Virus record (IMG/VR): IMGVR_UViG_2863231158_000003
From: a virus
Taxonomy: Duplodnaviria; Caudoviricetes
Length of the DNA: 64,000 nt
Strand: one strand, 5' to 3'
In this document: piece by piece, positions 17,855-27,629 of the stretch
Numbering within the stretch: position 1 is the stretch's first letter
Layout of the letters: each line of letters starts with the position of its first letter
Program-made: the position numbers and the translations under genes
The notes under the pieces: model-generated
Databases searched by the model: none
What the model saw: only the letters and a program-made list of their open reading frames with translations
Told to the model about the DNA's origin: nothing

Positions 17855-18574
17855 TCACGCCGCATCCTCCGCCCGCCGGAGCTGCTCTTCGAGTACGGCT
17901 TCTTGCGCGTCACGCAGGCCGCGCCATTCCCCGAGGGTTTCCCAGCGTGCGCCGCAGGCTCGGCAGTGGATGCGGTGGTTGTCGGTGACGGCGGTGAGAG
18001 GTTCCCCGCAGAGGGTGTCGTCGTCGTAGCGCGTGGGGCAGGGCCCGACTTGGACGCAGCCGCCGCGTTTCTCGCCGTCGGCGATCGCCTTGCATTCGCC
18101 GTGCAGCTTGCGGAGGTCGTCGATGTCCTGGCCGATGCTGTCGTAGCTCGAGCAGGCCCACAGCAGGTTGTCGGCGAGGAATCGGACGTGCTGCGGGATC
18201 GCTTCGGCCGGGCTCCCGCGCCAGGGGGCGACGGTCCAGCCGAGCGCGGACCGCCACGCGTCCTCAATGTCGCGGAGCCGGGCGGCTATGCCGCCGGGGC
18301 CGACGAGGGCGAGGACATCAAGGCGGGGCGGTATCGGCGGGGTCCGGCTGCCCGACGTGGCGCTGCCGGTGCGGCGGGCGCCCTTCATCAGCATCGCCGT
18401 CGTGTCCAACCGGGCGAACAATGCCGGGAGTTCGCGGATGCGGGTCGCGGTGGCGTCCTCACACGGACGGCACGCAAGCCGTCCGGTCTCGGCGACCCAA
18501 AGCAGACGGCCGCACCGCGGCGCCACGCATGCGGGCCAGTCGTAGTCGTCGAGGCCGGTGGGGTGGTTGTGCAC
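17855..18574 (-). CDS. Phage zinc-ribbon protein, possible late regulator
   Basis: Several Cys pairs (CRPC, GPCP...C, CRAC); GAGGAG RBS. Confidence 0.65.
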   Translation of the reverse strand: MHNHPTGLDDYDWPACVAPRCGRLLWVAETGRLACRPCEDATATRIRELPALFARLDTTAMLMKGARRTGSATSGSRTPPIPPRLDVLALVGPGGIAARLRDIEDAWRSALGWTVAPWRGSPAEAIPQHVRFLADNLLWACSSYDSIGQDIDDLRKLHGECKAIADGEKRGGCVQVGPCPTRYDDDTLCGEPLTAVTDNHRIHCRACGARWETLGEWRGLRDAQEAVLEEQLRRAEDAA

Positions 18575-18688
18575 GGCGGGCTCCTCGGGTGGCACGGGAA
18601 GCAGGGTGCTGATTGAGCCATTGTGCACCCAGCAGCTTGCAATACCGGGCCAATGGCACACTCGACGGGGGCGAGCGGACGAACTGGG

Positions 18689-18904
18689 CTACCGGGCCTT
18701 GGACTTCACGGGCGCCCCGGCCCCGTAGGCGACCGCGGCCAGCCCGGCAGTGAACGTGACAGCCATGCCCGCGCCGGTGGCGGCGGTGGGGGCTCCGGCA
18801 GCGGGCAGAGTGACGGCGAGCGCCGCGGTAGCGGCCACCACCAGCACACCGCGCGGGACGTACTGGCGGGCACGGGCGACAAGACGATGATCAGGCGCAG
18901 ACAT
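18689..18904 (-). CDS. Small membrane protein (Spd-like)
   Basis: Two hydrophobic segments; distal end of the tra operon. Confidence 0.5.
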   Translation of the reverse strand: MSAPDHRLVARARQYVPRGVLVVAATAALAVTLPAAGAPTAATGAGMAVTFTAGLAAVAYGAGAPVKSKAR

Positions 18905-18916
18905 ATGAGCGCTCCC

Positions 18917-19105
18917 CTATCGGCGCCAGCGGGGCTTGTGGTCGGCGGCGGCGGACAGGATCTGCATGGCGACGGCCTGACCGTCTTCGCCTGCCGCGTC
19001 GATGAGCTGGTCGGCTTTCCTGCTGCTGCCGCGGCCGAGGAAGCCGCCGCGCTGCACCTGCCGCGCTGCCGCGTCGATCTCTTCCGGGGTGGGGGTCTTC
19101 GGCAT
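18917..19105 (-). CDS. Hypothetical protein
   Basis: AAGGAG RBS; MPKTPTPEEID. Confidence 0.65.
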   Translation of the reverse strand: MPKTPTPEEIDAAARQVQRGGFLGRGSSRKADQLIDAAGEDGQAVAMQILSAAADHKPRWRR

Positions 19106-19116
19106 GCTGATCTCCT

Positions 19117-19608
19117 TCACAGGTTGGTGGAGCTACGGCCCCACCAGCGGTTGTGGGTGGTGACGGTGCTGTTGATCTGATGGACGGGCGCGTTGTACGT
19201 CTGGTGGAGCTCCCGCGGGCCTGTCCGGCTGAAGATCTTTGCCAGGCCCTTCAGGGAGTGGAATGCGGCGGGGGGTGCGGCGCAGACGATGCCGATAACA
19301 ACTGGGTTGGCCTGCCCAGAGGCCCACAAAACGAGGCTGGCAGCCCCTCCGGTCGCGACGATCAGGACGCTCCCTGCGAGCATGAGTGCGCTGCCGTCGG
19401 TGGCCTTCTGGCTCATCGGCGGACGCCCGGGCTGCGCGACGGGCTGAGCGTCTCCGACCGTGGGGACAGGGCTGGTGTCGCGATGCGACGTCGGCACCTT
19501 CCAGTCGATGCTTTCGATGTCGTCGAGGATCTCTTGGGTGGCGGGCGAGAGGTTCCGCTGCGCGACCGCGGGGTGGTCGAGCGGCGGACGGCCGGGCAGC
19601 GGTTCCAT
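19117..19608 (-). CDS. Membrane protein, spread-protein-like
   Basis: Pro-rich N-terminus, two TM segments, beta-rich tail; resembles SpdD-type architecture. Confidence 0.6.
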   Translation of the reverse strand: MEPLPGRPPLDHPAVAQRNLSPATQEILDDIESIDWKVPTSHRDTSPVPTVGDAQPVAQPGRPPMSQKATDGSALMLAGSVLIVATGGAASLVLWASGQANPVVIGIVCAAPPAAFHSLKGLAKIFSRTGPRELHQTYNAPVHQINSTVTTHNRWWGRSSTNL

Positions 19609-19630
19609 GACGGTCTCCTTGTCGGTGCGG

Positions 19631-19840
19631 TCAGGCGGCGTTGGCGGCGGCGAGTTGGCGGGTGAGGTCGTCGATGGCGTCCTGCTCGGTGTCGTGGAGG
19701 TCGGAACGGTAGGCGGCGCCACCGCCCGGTTTCATGACGGCCTGGCCGTCCTGGTCGCACAGGACGGCGCCCCACTTCGGCGGGTGCGGGTTGTCGAGCC
19801 GGCCGCAGGTCTGCAGGGTGTCGATCGTGTAGTCGGCCAT
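19631..19840 (-). CDS. Hypothetical protein
   Basis: AAGGAG RBS; MADYTIDTLQTC. Confidence 0.6.
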   Translation of the reverse strand: MADYTIDTLQTCGRLDNPHPPKWGAVLCDQDGQAVMKPGGGAAYRSDLHDTEQDAIDDLTRQLAAANAA

Positions 19841-19932
19841 GAGAGATCTCCTTGTCAGGGTGGGGTGGAGTTCGGAACGAGTGCGGCCCCCTTGCCCGGC
19901 AGACGCCGGGTCCTGACGGACGGGCAGTCGGG

Positions 19933-20556
19933 CTAGTCGGCCTCGCCGGTTGTGGCGCACACGCCGCAGGGGACGCGGATCTTGCCCTGGCTTCCGGCCT
20001 TGGGGTGGATGCGGGTGGGGATGGTGAACCAGCCGCGGTCGCAGCCCGCGCCGCACGGGTTGATGGGCTCGGGCTGGCGATCGGGGTCGGGTTCGTGGCC
20101 GCCGGCCCGCAGGTCCCAGGCGGCGGTGAGGGCGGCGGCCTGGGTCGCGGCGACCGCGCCCTTGACCGGCCGGGTGACGGCGCGCCCCGCGGCGCGGCGA
20201 TGCCGTCGCAGGACGGGCTTGATGATCCGCCGCCAGTACAGGCGGCCAGCCTGCTTCACGTCATCGACGGTGATCTCCGGGTGGAGGATCCCGGCGAGGA
20301 CCGCGCCGCCCACAGTGATCTCGAAGGTGTCCTCGTCGGTGGCGCACTGGCGGCCGCTGCTCGTGTGGAGGATCTCCTTGAGGACGCCGAGGGTGATCAG
20401 GGGCTCTTCCCAGGTGTGGGACTGCCAGCAGTTCCCGCGGACCGGGAGCGCGTCGATGAACCCGGTGCCGTCGAGGGTGAACGCCTGCGCGGCGCACTCG
20501 GGACACAGATACGGGTGTCCGTCGATCGTCATCTGCTGGATCCTGAGGGTGAGCAT
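19933..20556 (-). CDS. Hypothetical zinc-binding protein
   Basis: CPEC, CGAGC, CGVC motifs; downstream of traB. Confidence 0.7.
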   Translation of the reverse strand: MLTLRIQQMTIDGHPYLCPECAAQAFTLDGTGFIDALPVRGNCWQSHTWEEPLITLGVLKEILHTSSGRQCATDEDTFEITVGGAVLAGILHPEITVDDVKQAGRLYWRRIIKPVLRRHRRAAGRAVTRPVKGAVAATQAAALTAAWDLRAGGHEPDPDRQPEPINPCGAGCDRGWFTIPTRIHPKAGSQGKIRVPCGVCATTGEAD

Positions 20557-20580
20557 CTTCCGGACCTTCCTCGCATATTG

Positions 20581-20740
20581 CTCTGACGGGTGCCCTGACA
20601 GTCGTGGATTTGCGCAGGCCACAGCCCTGACAGGCGGGTGACAGGTCACGGCTTGGAGAGTGCGCTCGACGGGCGCGGTCAGGGGCCTGTCAGGGCGGCC
20701 ACCTGCGGCGATCCACGTCTTACCAGGGGACCGTCAGGGC
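20581..20740. repeat. Cluster of GCCCTGACAG-like direct and inverted repeats downstream of traB
   Basis: GCCCTGACAG at 20592 and 20624, reverse complement at 20687, variants at 20581, 20637, 20677, 20731. Confidence 0.7.
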
Positions 20741-22836
20741 GCATTGCGGGCATTACGGGCGGCTTCGATGTCCTCCAGCAGGTAGCCCTGGGGCCGCTTA
20801 CCGTCCTCGGCCGGTACTCGCTTGACCTTCAGATCGGGTGTCACCGCCTCGATCTGCTCCCGTACTGCCTTGCCGACACGGGCAGACCAGCCTTCCTCCG
20901 TCTCGCCGTCTCGACGCCCGAAGCGGGCATGGTCCGCAGCGGCGAAGGCCGTGAAGACCTCGGCGTTCGTGATGTTGCCCCGCCCCGTGGCGCGCGCCAT
21001 CGCCGACAGCCGGTCCAGAATGCCGACGCGGACGATGCGTCCCCTACCGCCGGGCCCGCCTGCGGCAGACGACACCCCTGTCTCTCCCTGGAGCTGCTCC
21101 TCGATCCGGTCGCGCCACTGGCCCGGCAGCCGCCCGGCGGCCTTGCGGATCTCGTAGGCCTCGGCGACGACCTTCCGCTTGTCGTCTGGCTTCACCAGGT
21201 AGGAGCGACCCTGGATGACACCGGTCTCCGGGGTGGCTAGCCAGAACCGGCCCGGCTGGTCAAGGGGGATCTTGGATGCGTCGTAGCCCTGACCGGTCAT
21301 GCCGTCGCCGAGGATCGTGTTCGATGCCTGCCCGGACTCGGTGTTCATCGCCGCGCGGCCAACGTGGTTCTGGCGCAGACGTCCGCGGATGACCGCAACC
21401 TCGGGCACCTGCGTGATGCTGATCAGGAGCACGCCCACGGCAGCGCCGACGGCGGCGATCTGCGACAGATTCTCGGTGATCTCGTCGTCCCAGGGGCTCG
21501 TGCCCCTGGGGGTGTAGGTGGCGAGCTCGTCGACGATGAAAAGCTCCCGGCCGCCGAGGAGCCGCATGGCCTGCTCGTAGTTGTCGTCGTCGATCTTCTC
21601 GTAGCCGTGGTCGTCGAGGAGATCGGAACGGCGGTCGACCTCCTCCTTGATCAGGCGGGTGATGAGGGCGAGACGCTCCGGGTTCCGCTTGACGAACGTC
21701 GCCAGGATCGGCGCATACGGGTTGTGCTCGGCGACACCCTTGCCGTCGAAGATACGGACGTTCACCCACGGGTCCTTGGCCGCGCCGATCAGGATGTTCG
21801 CCAGAAGCATCCCCTTGCCGCGCCGGGTGGCCCCGGCCGCGATCAGGCTGGTGTCCCGCACATGCAGGGTGATCGGGTCGCCGCGCTTGCCGAAGGCGAC
21901 CGGAATGCCGTCACGGAAGGTATTGATCGGCCCGTCGTGGTCAAGCAGCGGCGAGGGGCGGACCACCGAGAACGGGTCATCGCTCGCCACCCACACATGC
22001 AGCAGCGTCTCGATGCTGCCGACGCTGAGGTCGAGCCAGTCGGAGTGCACGCCGAGCGCGGATGCGATCTGCTGCTTCTTGCTCACGGCCACGGCCGCAG
22101 GGATCCCGGAAGGGGTGTGCACGGCGTAGGCGATGCCGGGGCCTTCCCCGTGAGGGATGCCAACGCCGCGGATTTCCCCGCCGCGCTTCTCCGGGACCGC
22201 GCCGGCCTCGACGAGGACGCGGCGCATCGTGTCCTCCCCCAGGTGCGAGGTCCGGGTCGGCGCCTGCACGGGGACGATCGCGGGAGTCTCGGGCCGCCCG
22301 AACCAACTGCCGGTCAGCACCACAGCGAGAGCGAGGAGGAGCTGCATCCACCAGCTGCCCAGCATCACAGTAGCCGCACCACCGCCGGCGACGGCCAGAC
22401 CGCAGTAGCCGGTGCGGATCCAGTGCCGCTTCTTGTGCGCCTTGTACTCCGCCCGCCGCACTTCCAGCAGGGCCCGCGCCTTCGACTCGGACGCCGCCCG
22501 CGCATCGCCGCGCGGGAGCTCCTTGGCCTGGCGGAGCATGAGCTTGGCAGTGGCAATCTGCTGCCGGTAGTCGTCGTGACGAGCCTCCCACCAGCGGCGG
22601 CACAGCCGCCGGTAGCCGCGCACCGACCAGCCCAGGTAGTACGGACTGTGGACGGCATGGAAACGCATCCAGTCGAGGCTGTTGTCGCGGGCGTACACCG
22701 CCCACTGCTTCAGCTGCTCCGCGGACATCATCCACGCCGGACGGGGCCGCTTCTCGAACTCGAAAACGGGGGCCGCTTCGGGGGTCTCCTTGACGAGCGT
22801 CAGCGGCGGACGCCCATCCTTCAGCGGGGTAGCCAT
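20734..22836 (-). CDS. traB: FtsK/SpoIIIE-family conjugative DNA translocase (TraB-like)
   Basis: N-terminal TM pair, Walker A GATRRGKG, Walker B LFIVDE, ITQxP, ILGDG, PLDQPGRFWL, C-terminal wHTH-like region. Confidence 0.85.
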   Translation of the reverse strand: MATPLKDGRPPLTLVKETPEAAPVFEFEKRPRPAWMMSAEQLKQWAVYARDNSLDWMRFHAVHSPYYLGWSVRGYRRLCRRWWEARHDDYRQQIATAKLMLRQAKELPRGDARAASESKARALLEVRRAEYKAHKKRHWIRTGYCGLAVAGGGAATVMLGSWWMQLLLALAVVLTGSWFGRPETPAIVPVQAPTRTSHLGEDTMRRVLVEAGAVPEKRGGEIRGVGIPHGEGPGIAYAVHTPSGIPAAVAVSKKQQIASALGVHSDWLDLSVGSIETLLHVWVASDDPFSVVRPSPLLDHDGPINTFRDGIPVAFGKRGDPITLHVRDTSLIAAGATRRGKGMLLANILIGAAKDPWVNVRIFDGKGVAEHNPYAPILATFVKRNPERLALITRLIKEEVDRRSDLLDDHGYEKIDDDNYEQAMRLLGGRELFIVDELATYTPRGTSPWDDEITENLSQIAAVGAAVGVLLISITQVPEVAVIRGRLRQNHVGRAAMNTESGQASNTILGDGMTGQGYDASKIPLDQPGRFWLATPETGVIQGRSYLVKPDDKRKVVAEAYEIRKAAGRLPGQWRDRIEEQLQGETGVSSAAGGPGGRGRIVRVGILDRLSAMARATGRGNITNAEVFTAFAAADHARFGRRDGETEEGWSARVGKAVREQIEAVTPDLKVKRVPAEDGKRPQGYLLEDIEAARNARNAP

Positions 22837-22843
22837 GCGGGTC

Positions 22844-24142
22844 TCAGTCCTTCTTCTCGAGGGTCCGCTCGACGCGGGCTTGTGCACGGGCGAGGGGATG
22901 GTTGGGCTCGCTGTCACCGGTCGTCCTGCGGGGCGGAATGCCGCCGTTGTTTCGGCGCCCGTCGGGGGCGTTCGGGTCCTTCTTCTGCTTGGCGGGTCGT
23001 TGGGAATTGACCAGTGACATTTCGCCAAGGACGGGGGTCTCCGTGACGGTCTTCACGCGGGCCTGCTGGGCGCGGGATGCGGCCTCGAGGTCGAGGGTGA
23101 TTCCGACCGTCTTGCAGCCGGTGACGCGCTGCCAGGCCTCGGCCCAGATCTGCTCGGTGACGAACGCGGAGCCGCGGGCAGATCGCATCGCGTCGGCGAC
23201 TGCCCACACCTCCGGGTGGTGCTTGCGCCGGTCCTCGTCGCGGCGTGCTTGTTCGCGCTCGGCGCGCTGCTGCGCGAAGGCCTTCTCCTCCCGCGCCTTT
23301 AGGTCCGCGGCCTCCTTCGCCTTACGGGCTTGCGCGCGGGCGGCATCCTCCATGATCTTGGCCCGCTGGGAGGCGCGGCGTTCGCGCCGGGAGGGGATGC
23401 CGTCGCTCTGCTGGGCGATGCCGTGCTCGTAGACCATGAGCACGATCGGCCCGCCGAGGGAGGCGATGGCGCCGATGAGCCCGGCGTTGAAGCCGATCTC
23501 CGGCTTGGTCATGCCGCCATGCATGTTGATCGCAGCAGCGATCAACGCGGAGATCATGACGCCGATGCGGTACGGAGTGACGTCCCGGCGGTGCGCGACC
23601 GCCCAGCCAGCGCCACACGCAAGCACGAGCGCAAGACCCTCAAGCAGCGCGGGCGCGGCGACGAGGAACTTCCGGGCGGGATCCCAGAAGTGCATGAACT
23701 GCACCGGCGCGGCAATGACCAGGCCGACGGCGTAGATGCCGCGGGCACCCCACTTCCACCAGCGTTCAGCGCGCGTCCGCTCGGCCTGCTCCTGGGCCTC
23801 CCGCTGCGCCTGCTCGGCCTCGGCTTGTGCGGCCTTCTCGCGTTCTGCGTCGGCCTTTCTCTTCTCGGCCGCCTTCCGGGCGAGGTAGGCGTCATGGTCG
23901 GCCTGGTCCTTCTCCAGGCGCAGGCGCTGCCGCTCATTGGTGATCCGCTGCTTCTCCGCCTCCTCGACAGCCCGGGTCTTCTCGGCTTCGGCGCGGCCTT
24001 CGGATTCGATGCGCAACGCGGCAGCCTCGGCGGCCGCCCGTGTCCGGATGGCCTCCGCCTCGGCCAGCGCCACCGGGTCGAACCGGGGCTCAGGCGAGGC
24101 CACGGCAAGGCCGTTGACCTTCTTCTCGACGGAGGTGCTCAC
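22844..24142 (-). CDS. Coiled-coil plus four-TM membrane protein (SpdB-like spread protein)
   Basis: Ala/Glu/Arg coiled coils flanking four TM helices; immediately upstream of traB. Confidence 0.65.
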   Translation of the reverse strand: MSTSVEKKVNGLAVASPEPRFDPVALAEAEAIRTRAAAEAAALRIESEGRAEAEKTRAVEEAEKQRITNERQRLRLEKDQADHDAYLARKAAEKRKADAEREKAAQAEAEQAQREAQEQAERTRAERWWKWGARGIYAVGLVIAAPVQFMHFWDPARKFLVAAPALLEGLALVLACGAGWAVAHRRDVTPYRIGVMISALIAAAINMHGGMTKPEIGFNAGLIGAIASLGGPIVLMVYEHGIAQQSDGIPSRRERRASQRAKIMEDAARAQARKAKEAADLKAREEKAFAQQRAEREQARRDEDRRKHHPEVWAVADAMRSARGSAFVTEQIWAEAWQRVTGCKTVGITLDLEAASRAQQARVKTVTETPVLGEMSLVNSQRPAKQKKDPNAPDGRRNNGGIPPRRTTGDSEPNHPLARAQARVERTLEKKD

Positions 24143-24148
24143 GGTTGA

Positions 24149-24349
24149 TCAGTCCTCTCGGTTGCGTCGGGTGGTGTGGCGGTATCCGAATCCGCCGGGC
24201 AGGTTCATGGAGGCGGTGCGGCGGCCGGTGGATGAGATCGTGTAGTGGGGTCCGCGCCGCCCGCCGAAAGTGATCGACCAGGAGCGGCGGTTGATGTTGA
24301 GTCGGACCCCGGGGAAGATCCGCCACGACCGGCGGTAAGTGATCCCCAT
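24149..24349 (-). CDS. DUF4236-like small basic protein
   Basis: MGITYRRSWRIFPGVRLNINRRSWSITFG...ASMNLPGGFGYR. Confidence 0.8.
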   Translation of the reverse strand: MGITYRRSWRIFPGVRLNINRRSWSITFGGRRGPHYTISSTGRRTASMNLPGGFGYRHTTRRNRED

Positions 24350-24546
24350 CAAGTGGCCTCCGACCGAACCGACCGCCACGCCACCACCAGCAGCGCAACC
24401 GTGAGGACCGAGGGCTGCAGCAGGAGCGCCAGGCCGCCACTCAGCCCGAGCCCGACCGCGGCACCGATGGCCGCAGCCAGGCCGGGAAAGATCCCGACGA
24501 GGAACAAGACGGCTGCGAGCAGCAGCCAGCCGACAAGCCGCTTCAT
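24349..24546 (-). CDS. Small hydrophobic membrane protein
   Basis: Almost entirely hydrophobic 65 aa; GGAGG RBS. Confidence 0.7.
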   Translation of the reverse strand: MKRLVGWLLLAAVLFLVGIFPGLAAAIGAAVGLGLSGGLALLLQPSVLTVALLVVAWRSVRSEAT

Positions 24547-24635
24547 GGCGGCCTCCGATCAAAACGAGGTGTGGGATTGAGGGGTGCTGAGGGATGTCCA
24601 AGGCGCACGTGCCAGACGTGCGCCGAGGGCCACCA

Positions 24636-24833
24636 TCAGTCCTGGGCGCGGTCCGCGCGACGGGCGAAGTAGACGTCGACCAGGTAGTCCATGACCGCGC
24701 ACACGACGAGCGCGGTGGCGATAGTGGCGGTAGCACGCCACGGCTCCGCCACGCCCACGGCGGCGACATCCCGGACCGTGATGGCGGCCGCGAACGCCGG
24801 AGCGATCATCACCAGCCAGATCAGATACCGCAT
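24636..24833 (-). CDS. Small membrane protein
   Basis: Two TM segments; TGATG coupling. Confidence 0.6.
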   Translation of the reverse strand: MRYLIWLVMIAPAFAAAITVRDVAAVGVAEPWRATATIATALVVCAVMDYLVDVYFARRADRAQD

Positions 24834-25042
24834 CAGCCGCCCCGCTTCTTCGTACCGCCGTGCCAGAAGCTGACCTTCGCTGCGGCGTCATTCGCTGCGG
24901 CGTTCAGGCGCTGGTACTCGTCGGTCTCGTGCCGGATCCCGGCCGCGAACTCACGGTCTGAGTTCTCGTTCAGCGCCTTGTCCGCCGCCTTCATCTCTGC
25001 GATCGCTTCCTTCTCCTCGGGGGTCCTACGGAACACACCCAC
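24833..25042 (-). CDS. Hypothetical protein
   Basis: GAGGAG RBS; helical 69 aa. Confidence 0.65.
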   Translation of the reverse strand: MGVFRRTPEEKEAIAEMKAADKALNENSDREFAAGIRHETDEYQRLNAAANDAAAKVSFWHGGTKKRGG

Positions 25043-25067
25043 GCCGGGGCTCCTCTCTCGGGTCGGG

Positions 25068-25244
25068 TCACCACCAGATGGATGGCTTCTTCGGTACGCG
25101 GTTCGGACAGCCGTTGATCATGTGGTCGACGCACTGCGGGCAGTCGCCTTTCGACGGCACGTAGCCGCTGGACCAGACGTTGTGCAGCACGTGCGCGTGG
25201 TGCCAGCACTGCGGGCACTCCCCCGGCGGCGTCGCCTGCGGCAT
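25068..25244 (-). CDS. Small Cys/His protein (pRL2-8-like plasmid family)
   Basis: Manual translation MPQATPPGECPQCWHHAH...DCPQCVDHMINGC; below the ORF-track cutoff. Confidence 0.7.
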   Translation of the reverse strand: MPQATPPGECPQCWHHAHVLHNVWSSGYVPSKGDCPQCVDHMINGCPNRVPKKPSIWW

Positions 25245-25387
25245 CAGTCGACGAGGTCGTCGGCCGTGAGACCGCCGGGACAGGGGTGCGCGGTAGCGCC
25301 GTCACCGGTCACAATCACCGTGGTGACGGTGTTCTCATCCGTCCGCTCGCTCTCCACAAACCCGAACTCAGAGTCCTGCTGACCCAT
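25244..25387 (-). CDS. Small hypothetical protein
   Basis: AAGGAG RBS; MGQQDSEFGF. Confidence 0.55.
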   Translation of the reverse strand: MGQQDSEFGFVESERTDENTVTTVIVTGDGATAHPCPGGLTADDLVD

Positions 25388-25468
25388 GACTAGCTCCTTC
25401 CTGGTTCCGGGGCTGTCCCGGCTCCCCTCACCGCCGGGCATGCAAGGTCCGGCGGATCGGGCAACCGG

Positions 25469-25654
25469 TCAGCGGTTGAAGGTGTGGCTGACCTGGCCGT
25501 GGTCGCCGTTGATGTAGGTGGTGCCGTCGCCGTGGGTGACCGTGACCGTGGTCTGGCTGGCGTCGACGGTGTCGGTGGTGCCGGACTGCACGATCGTGTG
25601 CACGTCCGAGCCGTCCACCTCATTGCTGGTGCTGGGGGTGCGGTCGCCCATCAC
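25469..25654 (-). CDS. Small Thr/Gly-rich hypothetical protein
   Basis: GAGGAG RBS; beta-repeat-like sequence. Confidence 0.6.
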   Translation of the reverse strand: MMGDRTPSTSNEVDGSDVHTIVQSGTTDTVDASQTTVTVTHGDGTTYINGDHGQVSHTFNR

Positions 25655-25691
25655 GGGCTCCTCTCAAGCTGGTTGAAGCAGGGGAATGGGA

Positions 25692-25838
25692 TCAGCGGGG
25701 CTGGTCTTCGTCGTCCGTGTTGTCCTCGCCCGCGGGGCCGGTGATGACGGTGTAGATGTCGCCGGTGCCGGTGTGGAGAGGAGCGTTCGACACCCCGATC
25801 ACCACCCGCGCCTTCGCTGCGATCTCGCTGTAGTCCAT
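25692..25838 (-). CDS. Small hypothetical protein
   Basis: AAGGAGG RBS; MDYSEIAAKARVVIGV... Confidence 0.55.
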   Translation of the reverse strand: MDYSEIAAKARVVIGVSNAPLHTGTGDIYTVITGPAGEDNTDDEDQPR

Positions 25839-25876
25839 GGCGGCAAGCCCTCCTTGATCAGTTCTGGTTAGGTTCG

Positions 25877-26329
25877 TCAGCCGTACAGGGCGCGGCGGGC
25901 CATCTGCCGCAGCGCGGAATGGGATTCCCGGGCGCGCCGCCCGATCTCCGCGACCGCGTCCTCATCGACCGCGCCCGGCTCCGACGCGGCATCACCGAGG
26001 GCCACCACCAGCTCCCGCGCCTCTTCCGCCGCAGCCAGCAGCCGCTGATCGGCTGTAGCCGTGTACAGGTAGTCGATCGCCTCAGTGAGCGCGTCACGGG
26101 CCGCATACCGGGCAGCGAGCGACTCATCGGTGTCGTCGCGACCCAACCTCCGGGCGCGGATCTTCATGTACTGCCTGCCGCGAAAGCGGACATAGGCCCG
26201 GAGTACGCCCCGGACCGCGGCCACAAACTCCGCACGCCGACGCTCCGCACGCACCCGCCGATCCCCGATCAGCGCCTGCACCAACACACCCGCCAGAGCA
26301 GCGGCCGCAGCCACAATCGCCGCAGACAC
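25877..26329 (-). CDS. KilB-like protein
   Basis: N-terminal TM then Arg/Ala-rich helices, the architecture of pIJ101 KilB; tra operon context. Confidence 0.55.
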   Translation of the reverse strand: MSAAIVAAAAALAGVLVQALIGDRRVRAERRRAEFVAAVRGVLRAYVRFRGRQYMKIRARRLGRDDTDESLAARYAARDALTEAIDYLYTATADQRLLAAAEEARELVVALGDAASEPGAVDEDAVAEIGRRARESHSALRQMARRALYG

Positions 26330-26330
26330 G

Positions 26331-26519
26331 TCAGCCCTGCCGACCGCGGCGGATGCTCTCCTCAGCCAGGCCCTGGCAGCGGGCTGCGTTCTCCCCGTGG
26401 ACCTCCGCGAGCCCTGAGCCCTCCGCCTCCAGCTGCCGCGTGCGGTGGTAGTCCCGCGCCTCGATCAGCCGGTGCACCTCGTCATCGGCACTGTCCTCGC
26501 CGCCGTAGTCACGGGTCAT
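26331..26519 (-). CDS. Hypothetical protein
   Basis: AGGAG RBS; MTRDYGGED. Confidence 0.55.
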   Translation of the reverse strand: MTRDYGGEDSADDEVHRLIEARDYHRTRQLEAEGSGLAEVHGENAARCQGLAEESIRRGRQG

Positions 26520-26679
26520 GACTCTCTCCTGTCTAGTGATCGATCCCGGATAGGGGTCGTGCGCGCCCCGGGCCCGCTTCGAACGAGCACCATCGCGGCG
26601 TATACCGGGGCCTGGAGCCGTGGCGGCGAGGGAACTCACCCGCTCCCCTCGCCGCCGGTCGAGACCAGCGAGCAGCCAG

Positions 26680-26826
26680 TCAGTCGTCGGCGTTCGTAAC
26701 CGTGACGGAGGCGACGTGCGGCGCCTGGAACGGCAGGTCCTCGTACTCACGGGCGGTGGCGTCGTCGCTGACGGTGGTCTCGATGACGCGGCCGTCGGAT
26801 TCGGTGATGGTGACGAGCTTGGCCAT
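26680..26826 (-). CDS. Small hypothetical protein
   Basis: AGGAGG RBS; MAKLVTITESDG... Confidence 0.6.
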   Translation of the reverse strand: MAKLVTITESDGRVIETTVSDDATAREYEDLPFQAPHVASVTVTNADD

Positions 26827-26867
26827 GGGGTGCCTCCTGTTGGATCGGGGGTGGTCGTGAAGGGATT

Positions 26868-27287
26868 TCAGCGAGTCGGAGCGACAGCCGCGTCGATGAT
26901 CTCGGGATGGTCGAACGCCAGCGGCGGCAAGTCACCCAGGGGCCACCACTGCGCGCGGGTCGCGTCGTCCCCGGCCTCGATGGCCGTGCCGGGCAGGACG
27001 GTCAGGTGGTAGGCGACGCTGACGTACCTGCCACGCGGATCACGACCGGGCCGGTCGAACGCGCCGACCTGCTCCAACTCCGCCTCGGACGCGTACACGC
27101 CAGCCTCTTCAGCCAGCTCGCGGGCAGCGGCGGCACGGCTCGTCTCACCGGGGTCGACGTACCCGCCAGGCAGCGCCCACTGCCCCTTGAACGGATCCCA
27201 GCCGCGCTCAATCAGCAGGACATACCCGTCAGTCGTGGTGACGACCACGTCAGCGGTGAAGCGGATCGCCTCAAACGTCTCGGTCAT
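26868..27287 (-). CDS. NUDIX hydrolase (comparable to pSAM2 Nud/Pif)
   Basis: Nudix box GGYVDPGETSRAAAARELAEEAG; RDPRGR; LAFDH. Confidence 0.92.
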   Translation of the reverse strand: MTETFEAIRFTADVVVTTTDGYVLLIERGWDPFKGQWALPGGYVDPGETSRAAAARELAEEAGVYASEAELEQVGAFDRPGRDPRGRYVSVAYHLTVLPGTAIEAGDDATRAQWWPLGDLPPLAFDHPEIIDAAVAPTR

Positions 27288-27366
27288 GACGCCTCTCAAA
27301 GATCGGAAGAAGGGAGCCGTGGCGGCGGAAGGGGGAATGAACCCGCCGCCACGGCGGCTTGGATGA

Positions 27367-27618
27367 TCAGCGGCGGCGAGCGGCCTCAGCGCCGATGTCG
27401 TGCACGTCGATCCCGGCGGCCTCAGCCACGGCAGTGAGCCGATGCGACTCACCGACCGCCGCCTGCCAATACGGATCCGAAGTGTGGTCCTGGCCCTTCG
27501 CGTTCAGACCGTCCGCGATACGGCGACACACATTCATCTGATCGGCAGCAGCACCGACAGCATCGGCGGTGCGGGCACGGTCATCGAGCTGACTCTGCAA
27601 CCAGGCAGGCTTGGACAT
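27367..27618 (-). CDS. Hypothetical protein
   Basis: AAGGAG RBS; protein-like ORF. Confidence 0.65.
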   Translation of the reverse strand: MSKPAWLQSQLDDRARTADAVGAAADQMNVCRRIADGLNAKGQDHTSDPYWQAAVGESHRLTAVAEAAGIDVHDIGAEAARRR

Positions 27619-27629
27619 AGCGATCTCCT

